Assembly (NCBI RefSeq): GCF_018350175.1
Contig: NC_058368.1
Coordinates: 185,568,001 to 185,632,000 of the forward strand
Origin: Felis catus
Taxonomy: Eukaryota
Length of the DNA: 64,000 nucleotides
Reading direction: 5' to 3'
Positions within the stretch are counted from its first letter, which is position 1; every line of letters begins with the position of its first letter. The translations under genes were made by a program, and so were the position numbers. Below, one piece after another: positions 12,976-25,509 of this stretch. The notes under the pieces are model-generated. The model saw only the letters and a list, made by a program, of their open reading frames with translations. It had not been told where the DNA came from and ran no database searches.

Positions 12976-13381
12976 TTGTTGTGAGTAAAGGAAGTTAGTG
13001 GAAGCATAAAGAGAATGTCATTAGCCACAAATGTTCAATGATTTCTTTTCCATTATAAGAAATTTATTTCTGTCTAGATGATACATATTACAATTATTAG
13101 AATCAAATCACATACCCATTTATTGACTGAAAATTTCTATTTAAGATCTTATCATCTTTTGTTTTATTAGTCATAAAAATGATTATAATAACTCACCCCA
13201 CCTGAAATATTACAATTTGCTAAATATTGCCATTTCTTACATTATAGACATTTTAAAGTGATAAAATGATGATCTATGTTTAAGAACTATTGAAATCTTA
13301 TCAATAATTTATTTACAAATTAACTTTGTTGTGAATAGCTTCCATAGAGGAGTCATCTACGCTTTGTGAATTTTTATTCAG

Positions 13382-13462
13382 TTTCTGCAAGTGATATTTT
13401 CTACCCTTGCTTCAAATGCTTGGGATACACCCTTTATGAGGCTTTCAACTTCCTGTGCACAG
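13382..13462 (+). CDS. Candidate internal exon of unidentified gene (81 nt; FLQVIFSTLASNAWDTPFMRLSTSCAQ in phase 0)
   Basis: Acceptor tttttattcag| and strong donor CAG|gtaaga; length divisible by 3; two frames open; non-repetitive. Confidence 0.5.
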
Positions 13463-13659
13463 GTAAGAAAGTGTTTTGAATTACTCAGAAACAAGAGAAA
13501 ATTTTAAATAAAGATACTGTTAAGATATTACTGTAGATACTAGAGAATATTAACACAAGTTTCCATAAGAAAACCGAGGCTGCATACAGTCCAATTTTCA
13601 TATTATTTAAATTGTTTTCAATATACTCAAAACAAATTTAATGTTTATACATAAAAGTG

Positions 13660-13930
13660 TATGACTAATAACTGTACAACTTATTTATTATTGTAAATAA
13701 CTTATTTATTATTGTTCATAGCATGAACATAGTTTTGTAACCAACCATATAGATCAAAAAGGGTATTTCCAACATACCAAAATTTATTCTCAGGCTTCCA
13801 CATCACTATTTTCACCCTATTCATCAAAGATAAAAACTTTTTTAACTTGCAACATCTTAGTTCAGTTTTGCCTTTATGTAAATAAAAGCATAGAGAATCT
13901 ACAGATAATAATTTTTGATCAACCCATCTA
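13660..13930 (-). mobile_element. Ancient L1 (L1M-type) 3'UTR fragment
   Basis: gtaaccaaccatatagatcaa...ttagttttgcct-type motifs; continues after the SINE pair. Confidence 0.45.
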
Positions 13931-13940
13931 TAAAGATTTT

Positions 13941-14153
13941 TAAAAAATTGAGTTTATTTATTTATTTTGAAAGAGATGGAGACAATGCAAGTGGGGGAGG
14001 GGCAGAAAGAGAGGGAGCGAGAGAGAATCCAAGCAGAATCTACACTGCTAGCCCAGAGCCTTACACGGGGCTCAAACTCACAAATCCATGAAACCATGAC
14101 CTGAGCCGAAACCAAGAGTCAGAGGCTTACCATCTGAACCACCCAGGTGCCCC
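13941..14153 (-). mobile_element. Can-SINE
   Basis: Reverse SINE ending ggtgcccc. Confidence 0.92.
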
Positions 14154-14159
14154 AAGACA

Positions 14160-14386
14160 TTTATTTTTATTATTATTATTTTTAAAGTTTATTTATTATT
14201 GAGAGACAGAGACACAGAGTGTGAGCAGGGGAGGGGTAGAGAGCAGGGGGAGACACAGAATCTGAAGTAGGCTCCAGGCTCTGAGCTCTTAGCACAGAGT
14301 CTGATGCGGGGCTCGAACTCACGAATCCTGAGATCATGACCTGAGCTGAAGTTGGTTTCCTAACCAACTGAGCCAGACGACGCCCC
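14160..14386 (-). mobile_element. Can-SINE (tandem with previous)
   Basis: Reverse SINE with (TTA)n tail. Confidence 0.92.
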
Positions 14387-15479
14387 AAGATTTTTTTTTT
14401 TTTAAAGAATTGAGCTGTCCTTAATGTACTAAGTTGAAATGGCTTCTTAATATTTTTGGAATACCATGAAGTATTAGAGAGTAGATGTTCAAAATCAGTG
14501 GGAAAATTAAGAAAAATGGTTGATATGATCGTGAAGTACATGCGTTTGAAAGTCTATATCAAGGAATTAGTGTCAGTTGGGATTCTAATCATAAAAGTTC
14601 ACTCTTTACATTAACTTATCTGTTAATAGTAGGCTTGCTGTTGATTACATTCTGATTTGTGACAAGGGAAATATCATGAAAACACAAAGTAATTTGGAAG
14701 GAACCAGATTTTTGTTGAATCAGCTAAATATCTGTATCTTTTCTCATATGTTTTCTCATATGTGAAATTACTAAAAAAAACTGGAAATTGTAGAGCTTCA
14801 GTTATCTGATACAGTAAAATACTAATATTTAATGAGGTTTAGGAGAACCATCTTTAAGTAAATAGGTAAACTTTTATGTAAAACAAAGGAAAACTGAAAA
14901 AATCTAGCAACTTATGCATCATTGTGAAGATTATTTAATTACTCACACAGGAGCAAAACAACTGACTTGATATATGAGGGTATATGCATTTCTCATAGTA
15001 TGCTGCAGCCAGAGGGTACAGTAATTGTGGATCTGTGACTGCTTAGATAATGCTATCTGTTTCCAAATCTCCAAATTTTGCAAACAAAACCATCACCCTA
15101 CTTCAGACAGAGGAAATGTGTGACCTTCTATGGTCACTTAACCTCTCTATGTTTTCCCATCTTGAAAATGATAATTTCATAATCAACACGACTCCTGTGT
15201 GAAGCAATGGATATTTTCTTCCTCACTTTTGAAGATGTTTTATGTAAAGCAGTGTGAGATCTGCCAAGCATGCTGTGGTATAATGAGAATTTTTTATTAG
15301 AAGTCCTAGTGAGAGGCTAGTTAGCTGACTTAGAGCACAAGACATACAGGATTGGATTGTAGGATATAGTCCTATGTAAGCAGACACATAGCCAGTTTTA
15401 TGAATCCTGATCTGTTCTCTAATCTCAGAAAACCTTAAAAAAAAGTGTGGTAAAAAAAATGGTAAGGAATAGCAGATAT

Positions 15480-15700
15480 TTTTTTATTATTTTGTAAAAT
15501 ATTTATTTATTTTTGAGAGATAGAGAGAGACAGAGCACAAGCAAGGGAGGGGCAGAGAGATAGGGAGACACAGAATCCGAAGCAGGCTCCAGGCTCTGAG
15601 CTGTCAGCACAGGGCCCAATGTGGAGTTCAGACTCACAAACCACAAGATCATGACCTGAGCTGAAGTTGAATGCTCAACTGACTTAGCCACCCATGTGCT
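15480..15700 (-). mobile_element. Can-SINE
   Basis: Reverse SINE body and T-rich tail. Confidence 0.92.
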
Positions 15701-16808
15701 GTGAGAAATGGTAGAGATTTTTAAAAGAATACAAAAACAAAGAGTTCTTTGAATCACCTTCTACTTTGTATACCTTACCTCTTTGCTTTGTCATATTTCA
15801 GAATTTGTCATATTTTATGCTTATAGAAAATCAGTTTTATATCCATTACTTATATTTAATAAAAAATCCTCAAAGCCACAACAAAAAATTATAATATATT
15901 TAACTAATAGCTCATCTTTTCTAAGAGTTTAATACCTTTTGTAACATGTCCTTAAAGACAGGCATGGTCTTAATGGAACATATTTCTGAAGTACTTGATA
16001 ATCATACATAAACTTGAATTTTCAGAAAAAAAGTATTTTTTAGATAAAAGTTTTTAAAGAAAGCAGATCTCCTTTCACTTGTTGAAATACTGTCATTTGA
16101 GTTCACTAAAATGAATCAGAATAAACAATTCTCCCTAAGATTGATATCTTAGTTGGAATTACTGGAAAATCTACTGGAAAGGCAAAATTTTCTTCTAAAT
16201 AAAGCCGACATAGTGGAAAACAAAAGAACTGAAGAGAAAGAGAGAATCCATAAAGTATTATTTGGGCATCTGACTCTTGTGCCTGAAGCTAAATCAACCC
16301 CTTACAAATGCAATTTCATGAACAAATAAATCACATTTATCATTATTTTTCCCCAAAGAGGGATGAACACATAGTGAGATTATGTTTATATTCTTCTTGT
16401 AGGAATTTTGTGCATAAAAGCATTTGCCATAGTGCTCAGAAAGTAAGTGCTCAATATAATTTGTGTTACTTGAGTCAATCTAAACTGGTGGTTGAATCTC
16501 ACTGACACTATGCCGTGAAAATGGAGGGACCATAACCATCTTCTACATAATGTTTTCCTAGCAATAAGGTATTCTTTGAGCAACAGAATAGATGATTTGG
16601 AAAAGTCAGGACTGATCATCCCAAGAAACTTCATTTAGATGCATTTATAGAGCACATTCTATATATCAGATATATATTCATTCTCCTGGGCACCATCCAT
16701 GTTCCTAGCTAAAGCCAGGCTCTCCTTTCCATTATCAATATCAAGACTCTGTGGGACAAACAGCATAGGGTTTATAAAAGAATATTAATCCATATAAATA
16801 ATATATAG

Positions 16809-16891
16809 TTTTATTTTTTATGTTTATTTATTTTGAGAGAGAGAAATTGAGCAGGAGAGAGGGAGAGGGAGAGGGAGAGGGAGAGAGAGAC

Positions 16892-16926
<35 letters not shown>

Positions 16927-17033
16927 ATCTCTCTCATACAGAGCCTGAAGCAGGGCTCGATCTCACTGAAAGATCATAACCTAAGCCAAAGTGAAAGTTA
17001 GATGCTTAACCAATGGAGCCACCCAGGCACCCC
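16809..17033 (-). mobile_element. Can-SINE with expanded GA/GAGAGG tract
   Basis: Reverse SINE ending ggcacccc. Confidence 0.88.
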
Positions 17034-17887
17034 AGTAATATATTTTTAAAAATCTGTATCCCCCAAGAACTAGAGACACTCTGAGTTACATCTACCAGTG
17101 TCTTTGGAAGGAGGAATTAAAAAATATCTAATTTCACTATTTGGGTCCAGCTTCTCTTAAACTTTATAAAAATGAATGAATTAATACTTTTTTATCTTAA
17201 AGTTTTTAAATCTCCATCATTTCCAGAAACTTTTGCATTTAGAGTACCTTTAATTTTATTCTATGTAGATCTGGACCAGGAGGCAGAGATCCTATTTGAC
17301 TCTTTCAGGTCAATAGTCTGGTTCCCAGAGTGGGCATACCTGGGTAAGCAGCACACCTTGAAGAATGTTACCTAAAAACTCTCAGCCATCTAGATCAGTT
17401 ACTCCTCCTATAGACGCCTGCAAGTGGAAAGTAAATGGGCTCAACAGCATCTATCCCAAAGTTCTTGTGCAGTGTTTCTTTAACACAGAGAATTTGACTT
17501 CACAAATGGCATAAAAAAATTGCATCTTTCAGAGTCTTATAATAGAGCTGTTAACATATTAGCAATCTGTTCACAGTCTGGACTGTCATGAGCAAGAACC
17601 TACGCACAATATGAGCTATCATTTATTTTTGGCCACACCAAGAACGTACAACATTTATTTTAATAAACTAAGACAAAAAAGAATCAGGTTGAGATGCACC
17701 GAATGGGGTACTGAGAGACAACAAAATGTTGTTGGCTTTTTGTAAGGACAGAAGCCAGACTGGGAGCTTGCAACTTGTTTTAAATTTCACAAAAATAGGC
17801 TAGCCATTCTCTTGGTCACTCTAGGAAGAAATCTCAATTATTGTTACCTTTTCTTTTCTTTTTCTTTTTCTTTTTTTTTTTTTTTAG

Positions 17888-17965
17888 TGGCGATTTCTTG
17901 ATGCCATTATTTACAATCCACAAGGATGGATTTCCACAAAGATACTCCATTGGAAACATGCCACA
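17888..17965 (+). CDS. Candidate internal exon (78 nt; WRFLDAIIYNPQGWISTKILHWKHAT in phase 0)
   Basis: ~38-nt polypyrimidine tract ending tttag|; donor ACA|gtatgc; in frame with the 13382 candidate exon. Confidence 0.45.
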
Positions 17966-18831
17966 GTATGCTCTTAGCTGGTTGCTAAATACAACATTAT
18001 TTTTATTCCTCTTGGGGATAGTGACGTATGAGACTACACATACGGGAACATGATTCTGGTGGAACATTTTAAGTAGGAAACTATCTAGGATGAAGGTGTC
18101 TGTACTGGAGTAAATTTGGGTAGTTCCTGCAGAACGTAGCTCATGTTAGCTGACCTGTGGTATCTGATAATTCTGAAAGGGAGAAATCCCTAAGACTGTT
18201 GCATGCTAATGCACATACAATGATGAATGTGCTATTTACACCTAATTTTTGAATTTTGGTTTCTCTCTTGGAATCAGAGAAAGAAAGTTACTGACTTGGA
18301 AATCAAAGGCTGAAGAAAAGAGAGCAAGATAGGGCTTTAGTGTGAAAGCACACGCTTGATGCACGGTGCACAGATTGTGCTTGCATAAGATTACATATTT
18401 TAAGTGGCATTTTCTAAACTCCAAATATGATAGAATTTTTGCAGGAGAATGGCCATCACAGATGGGAAGCAATTTCAGGCATAGTAGTTTGCTTGATAGA
18501 GAGGTGGGACTAGAGTAAGAGGCATCATTAGTATAACAATCTGCTGTGCAAGGTGAAAATTGCTGCAACCGAGAGCTCCTGTGATCTTTATACAGGACGA
18601 GTCATTTTCCTGTTTTCTTTTCACTGCCTCACAGAAGTAAACAAATAACTTCTTCTTTTTCTTCTGAAAAGTTTCCTTTTTGCAGGAACCCGTAAGACAT
18701 TGCTGACAACCATACCTGACTGCTCTCCTGAGATTCAGCTACTGAACCCATCCATTCTCCTGATTAATATGAAATTTGAGTTAAATGGCCAGGTTAGGTT
18801 GAGTCCTGAAGATGGAGCACACAGTGAGTGT

Positions 18832-19216
18832 TGTTGGTTTGGAAACTGGTCCCCAAACACGGATGCCAGAGAGAGGATGAAGGAAGAGGCAGACCCCTCC
18901 CGATTGGTGGGTGGTAGGTTTAATAAGCAAAGGAAATTACATAAAAGGCTTGTCTTGGATGCTGAAAGTCAAGTAGATCTTCACATCTGCCAGCCAGAAT
19001 CTTAAACTTGTGTATAGAGGTCTTAATGAGTCACATATTCATTCCAAATGGTCTTAACAACATCTTACTCTTTCAAGGCTGTGTCCTTGAAAACAGTTCC
19101 AGCTGTGGGATTGTTGGGAAGAATGTATACAGGGAATGGGATGAGGAGCCTCAGATTGCCTGGGTCCAGCACGTGGGTCAACCAGAGGTCATATCCTCTT
19201 AATGACCTCCTCCAAA
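18832..19216 (-). mobile_element. Putative carnivore ERV solo LTR
   Basis: GC-richer ~385-bp block, tgttgg...ctccaa inverted termini, ATTAAA on the minus strand (ggtttaat). Confidence 0.55.
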
Positions 19217-19478
19217 TGTTGCTTATGATGGCAAATTCAGGGAACCTGTGGACAAGTATAAAGTCTCATAGGTTAGAAGGGCTAGGGTTCAAAGAGTTGT
19301 GGGTAGCAGATGCTGAAGCCCTGAGCTCTTGCCCTTCCAGAGAGAGGAGTGGTGAGTTGGTGAGTAACATGTGGTGTCCATACTTTTTCAGGGAGCTGTT
19401 GAACAGAAGGGGTCAATTAATTTAAAAGGCATAGTGTATGATCGACATTTAGTCCATTTAAGAGTGTTTGCTCATGGT

Positions 19479-19623
19479 GGGGCGCCTGAGTGGCTCAGTC
19501 AGTTGGACACCTGACTCTTGATTTCGGCTCAGGTCATGATCCCAGGGTTGTGGGTTTGAGCCCCTTGGGGAGTATGGAGCCTGCTTAAGAATCTCTCTCT
19601 TCCTCTTCCCATCTCTCCTGCTC

Positions 19624-19680
<57 letters not shown>
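19479..19680 (+). mobile_element. Can-SINE (internally deleted, long (CT)n)
   Basis: ggggcgcc head; TSD aagagtgtttgctcatg/aaaagtgcttgctcatg. Confidence 0.92.
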
Positions 19681-19681
<1 letters not shown>

Positions 19682-21178
19682 AAAGTGCTTGCTCATGAGC
19701 TTATGGTCTTTGTCCAGTTATTATTAAGGAGGTATTAGTTTCTTTGAGGAAATTATGCGGGCACAAAGTTGATTAGAATGGTATATATGTCAGGTTATAG
19801 GCTTGTTTTAAATAAGCCAAAGTATAACAATCTGCAGTAAAGGACTTTATTTTGTTTTTTTTCTGAATTTCTCAAGAAAATGTGCTGACCAAACATTTTA
19901 GGCAATGTGTAGATTTTTTGATTGTTATAAAGTGATTTTCTGGAGCTATACTTAATCTTCTGGAGATAAACTGACAAGATGACTGTTGCAGCACTGGCTA
20001 CTCATTCATCTCCGTTGTCAACATAAAAAAAAAAAAGGAAAAAACAGAAAGAAAAGACTCTTAGAAGTACTTTGTAGAAATTTATCTCCTCGATGTGGTC
20101 AGTAGCCAAAGCTTTCTTTACCTATGGCTATTAACTCAAACCAATTAAATTAGCCTTGTAGTTCTTCTTCACTAGGAATTCCTATCCACTCTATGTTCCA
20201 CATCTCTGTGGCACTTGTGTTACTTACATGACCTCTATTGTTTTGCTTTTTTTCCTTATTGTAATTTTTGAAACTATAAATATAATTTCCAGCGATAACC
20301 AGATTTATTATAAAAATATAATTCAGACATAACAGTTTGAAAAATAGACAAAGAAATGCAAAGTTTAAAGTAATTTGCTATTAAGTTCTATTAGGCAACT
20401 AGTTTCAGAATATCAAAAGCATAACTATTTCTGACCTACTAAGCCCTGTAGTTCATACAAGGAGTGAATTGGGAGGAATATGACTTTGCGTTTTGAAACT
20501 TGTTGAAATCCTTTGTCAATCTTTTTTCTATTGGGAGAAGCTGGCGTTAAGCCTCTTGGGGGAGTAACATGTTCTGCCATTACCCTTTTATATACTGCTA
20601 AACTGGCTTTCCTTTGTTGAGGCACCTGTAAGGGCTACTGTTGGAGAAGAAACTAGGAATATGTTAGCAATTATGTAAGAAGTTAGAATTAGTCCAGTAG
20701 GACTTGTGCTAAATAATTGGAGCCCCAGAAGATAGAAAATAGAAATGTCCTGCTACTAACGGGTACATCCCACCTTTTCCTGGTTAAGGCATAACTTCAT
20801 TGAACTGATAATAAGGTTTACAATGGCTATGGGGAACTATGTATGAGAGTGTCTTGTTTACCTACATAATCTTGGTTAAATGATTTAAGTTCTTAGCACT
20901 GAAGATGATAAAAAATTCTACCTCATTGGGTTACTATACAGATTAAATGAATTAATATTATAAAGTACTAAGGCACCACCACTATTTTAAAAGCACTGCA
21001 TTATTTTTGTGCTGTAAAAAGACAATTACAAAGGCATCAGAATAAAATGATAGAATGTCTCAAGGATGTAGTGTACATAGTCTTGATTAAAATATTCAGT
21101 TCTCACTTTTAATTGCTTTCTCTTCTTTGAGAAGAGAAATAGAGTAGACTCTTCCCTTTAAAATGAATAAAAGGCTTA

Positions 21179-21386
21179 GGGACTCCCGGGTGGCTTGGTT
21201 AAGCGGCTGACTTCAGCTCAAGTCATGATCTCATGGTTCGTGGGTTCGAGCTCTGTGTCAGGTTCTGTGCTCATGGCTCGGAGCCTGGAGCCTGCTTCAG
21301 ATTATGTGTCTCCCTCTCTTTCTGCCCCTCCCCACTCACACTTTGTGTCTCTCTCTCTGTCTCTCAAAAATAAATAAACATTTAAG
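21179..21386 (+). mobile_element. Can-SINE
   Basis: SINE body; TSD-like aaaatgaataa.agg on both sides. Confidence 0.92.
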
Positions 21387-21440
21387 AAAATGAATAAGAG
21401 GTTTTAGCATATGGTTATTTGGTTGTCTCACTGCCTAGGT

Positions 21441-21647
21441 TATTTTTTATTTTTATTTTTTTTTAATTTATTTTACTTATTTTGAGAGAGAGCATGTGAG
21501 AGTAAGATAGATCGCACGTTTGAGCGAGGGAGGGGCAGAGAGACAATCCCAAGCTGGCTCCCCATTGACAGTATGGAGCACCATGATCATGATCTGAGAC
21601 AAAATTAAGAGTTGGATGCTTAACCAGTTGAGCCACCTAGGTGCTCC
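21441..21647 (-). mobile_element. Can-SINE inserted in a MIR
   Basis: Reverse SINE; TSD ctgcctaggtt/ctacctaggtt; MIR core resumes at ~21660. Confidence 0.88.
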
Positions 21648-23337
21648 TTACTACCTAGGTTTAAATCCTGACCACCATTCACTTGTGTGAACAGAGGCAA
21701 GAACCCTAAACCACATTTTGTTTTTTTCTCATTTATAAAATAATAGTACCTAACACATAGAATTTGCTATGAGGATTAAATTAAATAATGGATAATGGCT
21801 TATCCATACAATGCCATCGTAAATTTTCAATGATGCTATTTTTATTAGTATGTTATATATAGCCAGTTGTATAAAACACTAAATTAGTATATGACAGAAA
21901 GGTAAGATTTTTTCACTCAAGTTGGACTGGTTAGATGTCTAAGTTCTTGTTGATTTAAAGAATGGTTTCCCAACATTTTTTTCATTTTTGGCACACTTAA
22001 GAATTTAGTGACTAGTGTGAAAGAGCTAAGTAACATGGATATAAATTCAATCTAAAAGGTTAATAGTAGAAACTATTTCTCCCCTGGTCACCTAAGAACG
22101 AATATCATTATATTTTAATACATAAAATTGAGCATTTTATTTCCAAGGCGATTTTTTTGGGACTTGAAATTAATACTTTTCCTTGTATAAAATGTATCAG
22201 AGTAAGCTTCTAAGATTTTGTCCTCAGATTGAAGTATTAGAAGAGGAAGATGTGTGAAAAACAAAATGGAACCAGATAATCAAGGTTGCAAAAGTGTTGG
22301 ATAGTTCTCCTTTCATGAGAACTGTGGATTGAACCAAAGGAGTGGAGCCTGTGCCCTTCCTCCTCAACTGTGTTCCATGGCAGTATTGGCGTATCTCAAT
22401 TCCCTGTGCAATAAAATGAGTCGATGATAGATAGCTGTCCAAAGGCAATATTGCTCTGAAGCACCATTAATATTTTGTTTACTTTGAAATCACAGGTGGG
22501 ACTTCTATGGTAATTTTAGCTGTAGGACAATGCTAAATCCTGAAAAACAGAGGAGCACTTTGAAGTGCACCCCAAGCTCTATTCTACAAGCTTGGTTTGA
22601 TGATTGATGACTTACAATGGCAATTACTGTACTTAATTCCAAAAAGTAAAGTTACACCTATTGTCTTTCAAGGTTTGGGATTGTATGCAAAATTTTCACA
22701 AGGATACTTGAACTCAGTTGTTACTTGCCTTGGGTTTTTCATGAATCCCTTGCCCTTCTAGAAATTTAAAGTATGTCTTTGCGACATGCACTCACCTGAG
22801 GTATGCCAATGTACTTCCAGTACCAGATTGTTCTATCTTCCAAACAAAAGAGTAATGTCCTTTTCTAGTGTTCTGGACTCCTGAAACTTGCATTCGTTTT
22901 TTAAAACACAAGGAAAATGGCTTTTTCTGTATTGCTCTCCACAGGAAAGCCATTTCATTAATGCTTTCAGCTTGCTCAAGTTGCTTTGGTGGATGCTTTG
23001 ATTTCAAAGCAAAGTCTGGTCATTGTAATTTAGTTACTCAAGGCCTTTCAACTTAAAAATTGTAGCTAGGGAATAATTTTGATTCCATAGGAACAAAATT
23101 AAGCTGCGTACTCTCATTGGGAAAGGTAACAAATGTTTGTGCATAGTAGGAAAAGTGCAAGTGCAAGAAAATGAGCAATACTACGTGAGAATAACTTAAA
23201 ATGCTGTTGATATTATCTTAGTTATTGAGGAATTATTAATATATACACAAAGGGGCACTGAAATTTTTGGAGTCCAGTTTTTTGGTGAAAGAGAGAAAGA
23301 ATTAAAAATACTTAACAGTTGTTGAGGCTGATTATAA

Positions 23338-23702
23338 TGGAAGTAAAACAATTTTCCCTCTAATCTTCTGAGTTCTTAGCTGAGACCCCTGTAATAAAAG
23401 ACCTACTAACAAGAGAAAAACAAAAGTTGATTAACCTGTATACATCTGTATATATGGGAGATGCCAGGGGAAAAATGAATAGATTGCCAAGGTGGCTTAA
23501 GATGAAGAATTCAATACTGTCTTAATAGAGAAAGGGAGCAGGGATGTAAGCTTCCAAAGGATTTGGAGGATCTGTCCTCAGGCAGATAAAGGTAGTTCAA
23601 AGAAAATCTCTTCTAGCATTAGCCGTTTTTTCAAGTACTTAACTCTCAAAATAATCAATATACCAAAGGGGTGTATTTGGGTAGCATGTCCTGATGTCCA
23701 CA
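23338..23702 (-). mobile_element. ERV1-type solo LTR (MER34-like)
   Basis: attttccctct...taacaagagaaaaac and caaaataatcaatataccaaagggg...tattt motifs of reversed MER34-family LTRs. Confidence 0.65.
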
Positions 23703-24993
23703 GTCATAATTAGTAGTGGTATATTCTGCTACGCTTCTCTGATCATTGGTAAGATTCTGTGCTAAGGACTTTGTTTAAATTCTGTCATATAATTTTTGCA
23801 ATGATTGGTAATCTAGGACTTTGATTAATGCTTATAAAATACTTAGAATTAATGATTTCTGGCACATAGTAATTATGTAATAAATGGTAGTATTCTTTTC
23901 CTTATTTATTATAATTATATGAAATGAATATACATGCCCATAATGTATATGATCATAAAATCCTGAAATAGTGACTACAATTAAAGTTCAAACACATTTG
24001 TAAGGTGATTTCATTTGAAATATAAATTGATCTGGGGAAATATTTTTGATCTGGACCCCTCAGTTGTATTCACTTGCATTTATTATCTACTGACACTATG
24101 GTTAAAACATGAAGACTTTTTTTTAAAAAGTGGGCTTTGAAGAGTATGTAACTGAAATAATTGGGAAGATGTTCAAAGTTTGCAAAACAATCACAAAATA
24201 ACAGATGTTAGTGTACAATCAAATGCTAAATAGTAAGAAGCAATATGGGTAAAAATAGAGTTTATAAAGTTTTCTTTGAGATAAAGCTTGCTTAGGTTTT
24301 CAAGTTTGATAATTGAGGTGATGTTATTTTAAAGAAGGAAAAATAAATAAGGCCCAAGAGTTATTTCTCTCCATGGAAAATAGTGGGAGATGAATTCTTA
24401 AAGATGTATTTGAAAGCTAATATATAAACTCTCACTAGAAAGTGAGAAAAGCAAAAGCATGGACTATTGCAGATATATCTTGATATCCTTCATCTTAGGA
24501 TCTAACATTCTATTTCTTGAATCCAGCCAAAGGCTCTTAGCAGGGCCTAAATCAATTTATTTCCTGCCTTGGTATCAAGAGGGCTGAAGTGGACATCTCA
24601 CTAGGCAGTGGCCTCCGCCTTCCAGTTCCTGGAGTACCAATTGAAGATAACCCACCAGTGAAGCATTGACCTAATGTACTAAATGACCATCAAAGATCAG
24701 AACTGAGATTTTAGGCTTCAATAGCATTTGAGACCTTTCCTTCATTCTATCTCCCCTGCCCCTCTCTGTATAGTTACTATTAATATTTTATAACTTTCAA
24801 AAATGAGTTGAGGCTACTTACAAAAAATACTTGTAAGTTCTTGCAGTCTTGTAAGTTATCTGCAACATGTGCAAAATGTCCTCGTGAAACATGAGAGGGT
24901 TTCTAAGTGTTTGTTGGACATGAGTTTTTCCCACTCTGTGCTTTCCTTGCCATGAATCCTTCTGTCTTTGATGTTCTTCCCTTTTCCCTTTCT

Positions 24994-25509
24994 TTGGTGG
25001 GCATAAAAATGCCCCCTACCCTAAAACACCAAATATGTAGTAGAGTTTTTGGAATATGTATATATTAGGTTACATGGAAAAACAGAAAGGAGGTTGCAGA
25101 TGGAATTAAAATTGGTCATTGGTTGACCTTAAAAAAAAGGATATTATCTTGGTTTATCCAGGGACCCCAATATAATCACAAAGACACCTAAGAGAAAAGA
25201 AGAAAAGTATGATAGGGAGGTGGGATTATAGAAGAAAGGCACAGAGATATACCAAGTTATTAGCTTTAATGATAGAGGAAGGGAATCATGAACCTAGGAA
25301 TGTGGGCAGCCTCTAGAAGCTGGAATAGGCAAGGAAATAAATTCTCCTCTAGAGCCTCCAGAGAGAAATGCAATCCTGCCTACACCTTGATGTTAGCCAA
25401 ATGAACTCCATACTGGACTTACAACCTGCAGAATTGTAATAGAATAAATGGCTGTTTCCAGGTACTACATTTGTAATAATTTGTTACAGAAGCAATGGGA
25501 AACTAATGC
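24994..25509 (+). mobile_element. MLT1C/D MaLR solo LTR
   Basis: cctaggaatgtgggcagcctctagaagctgg...attctcctctagagcctccag...ttgttacagaagcaatgggaaactaat. Confidence 0.85.
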
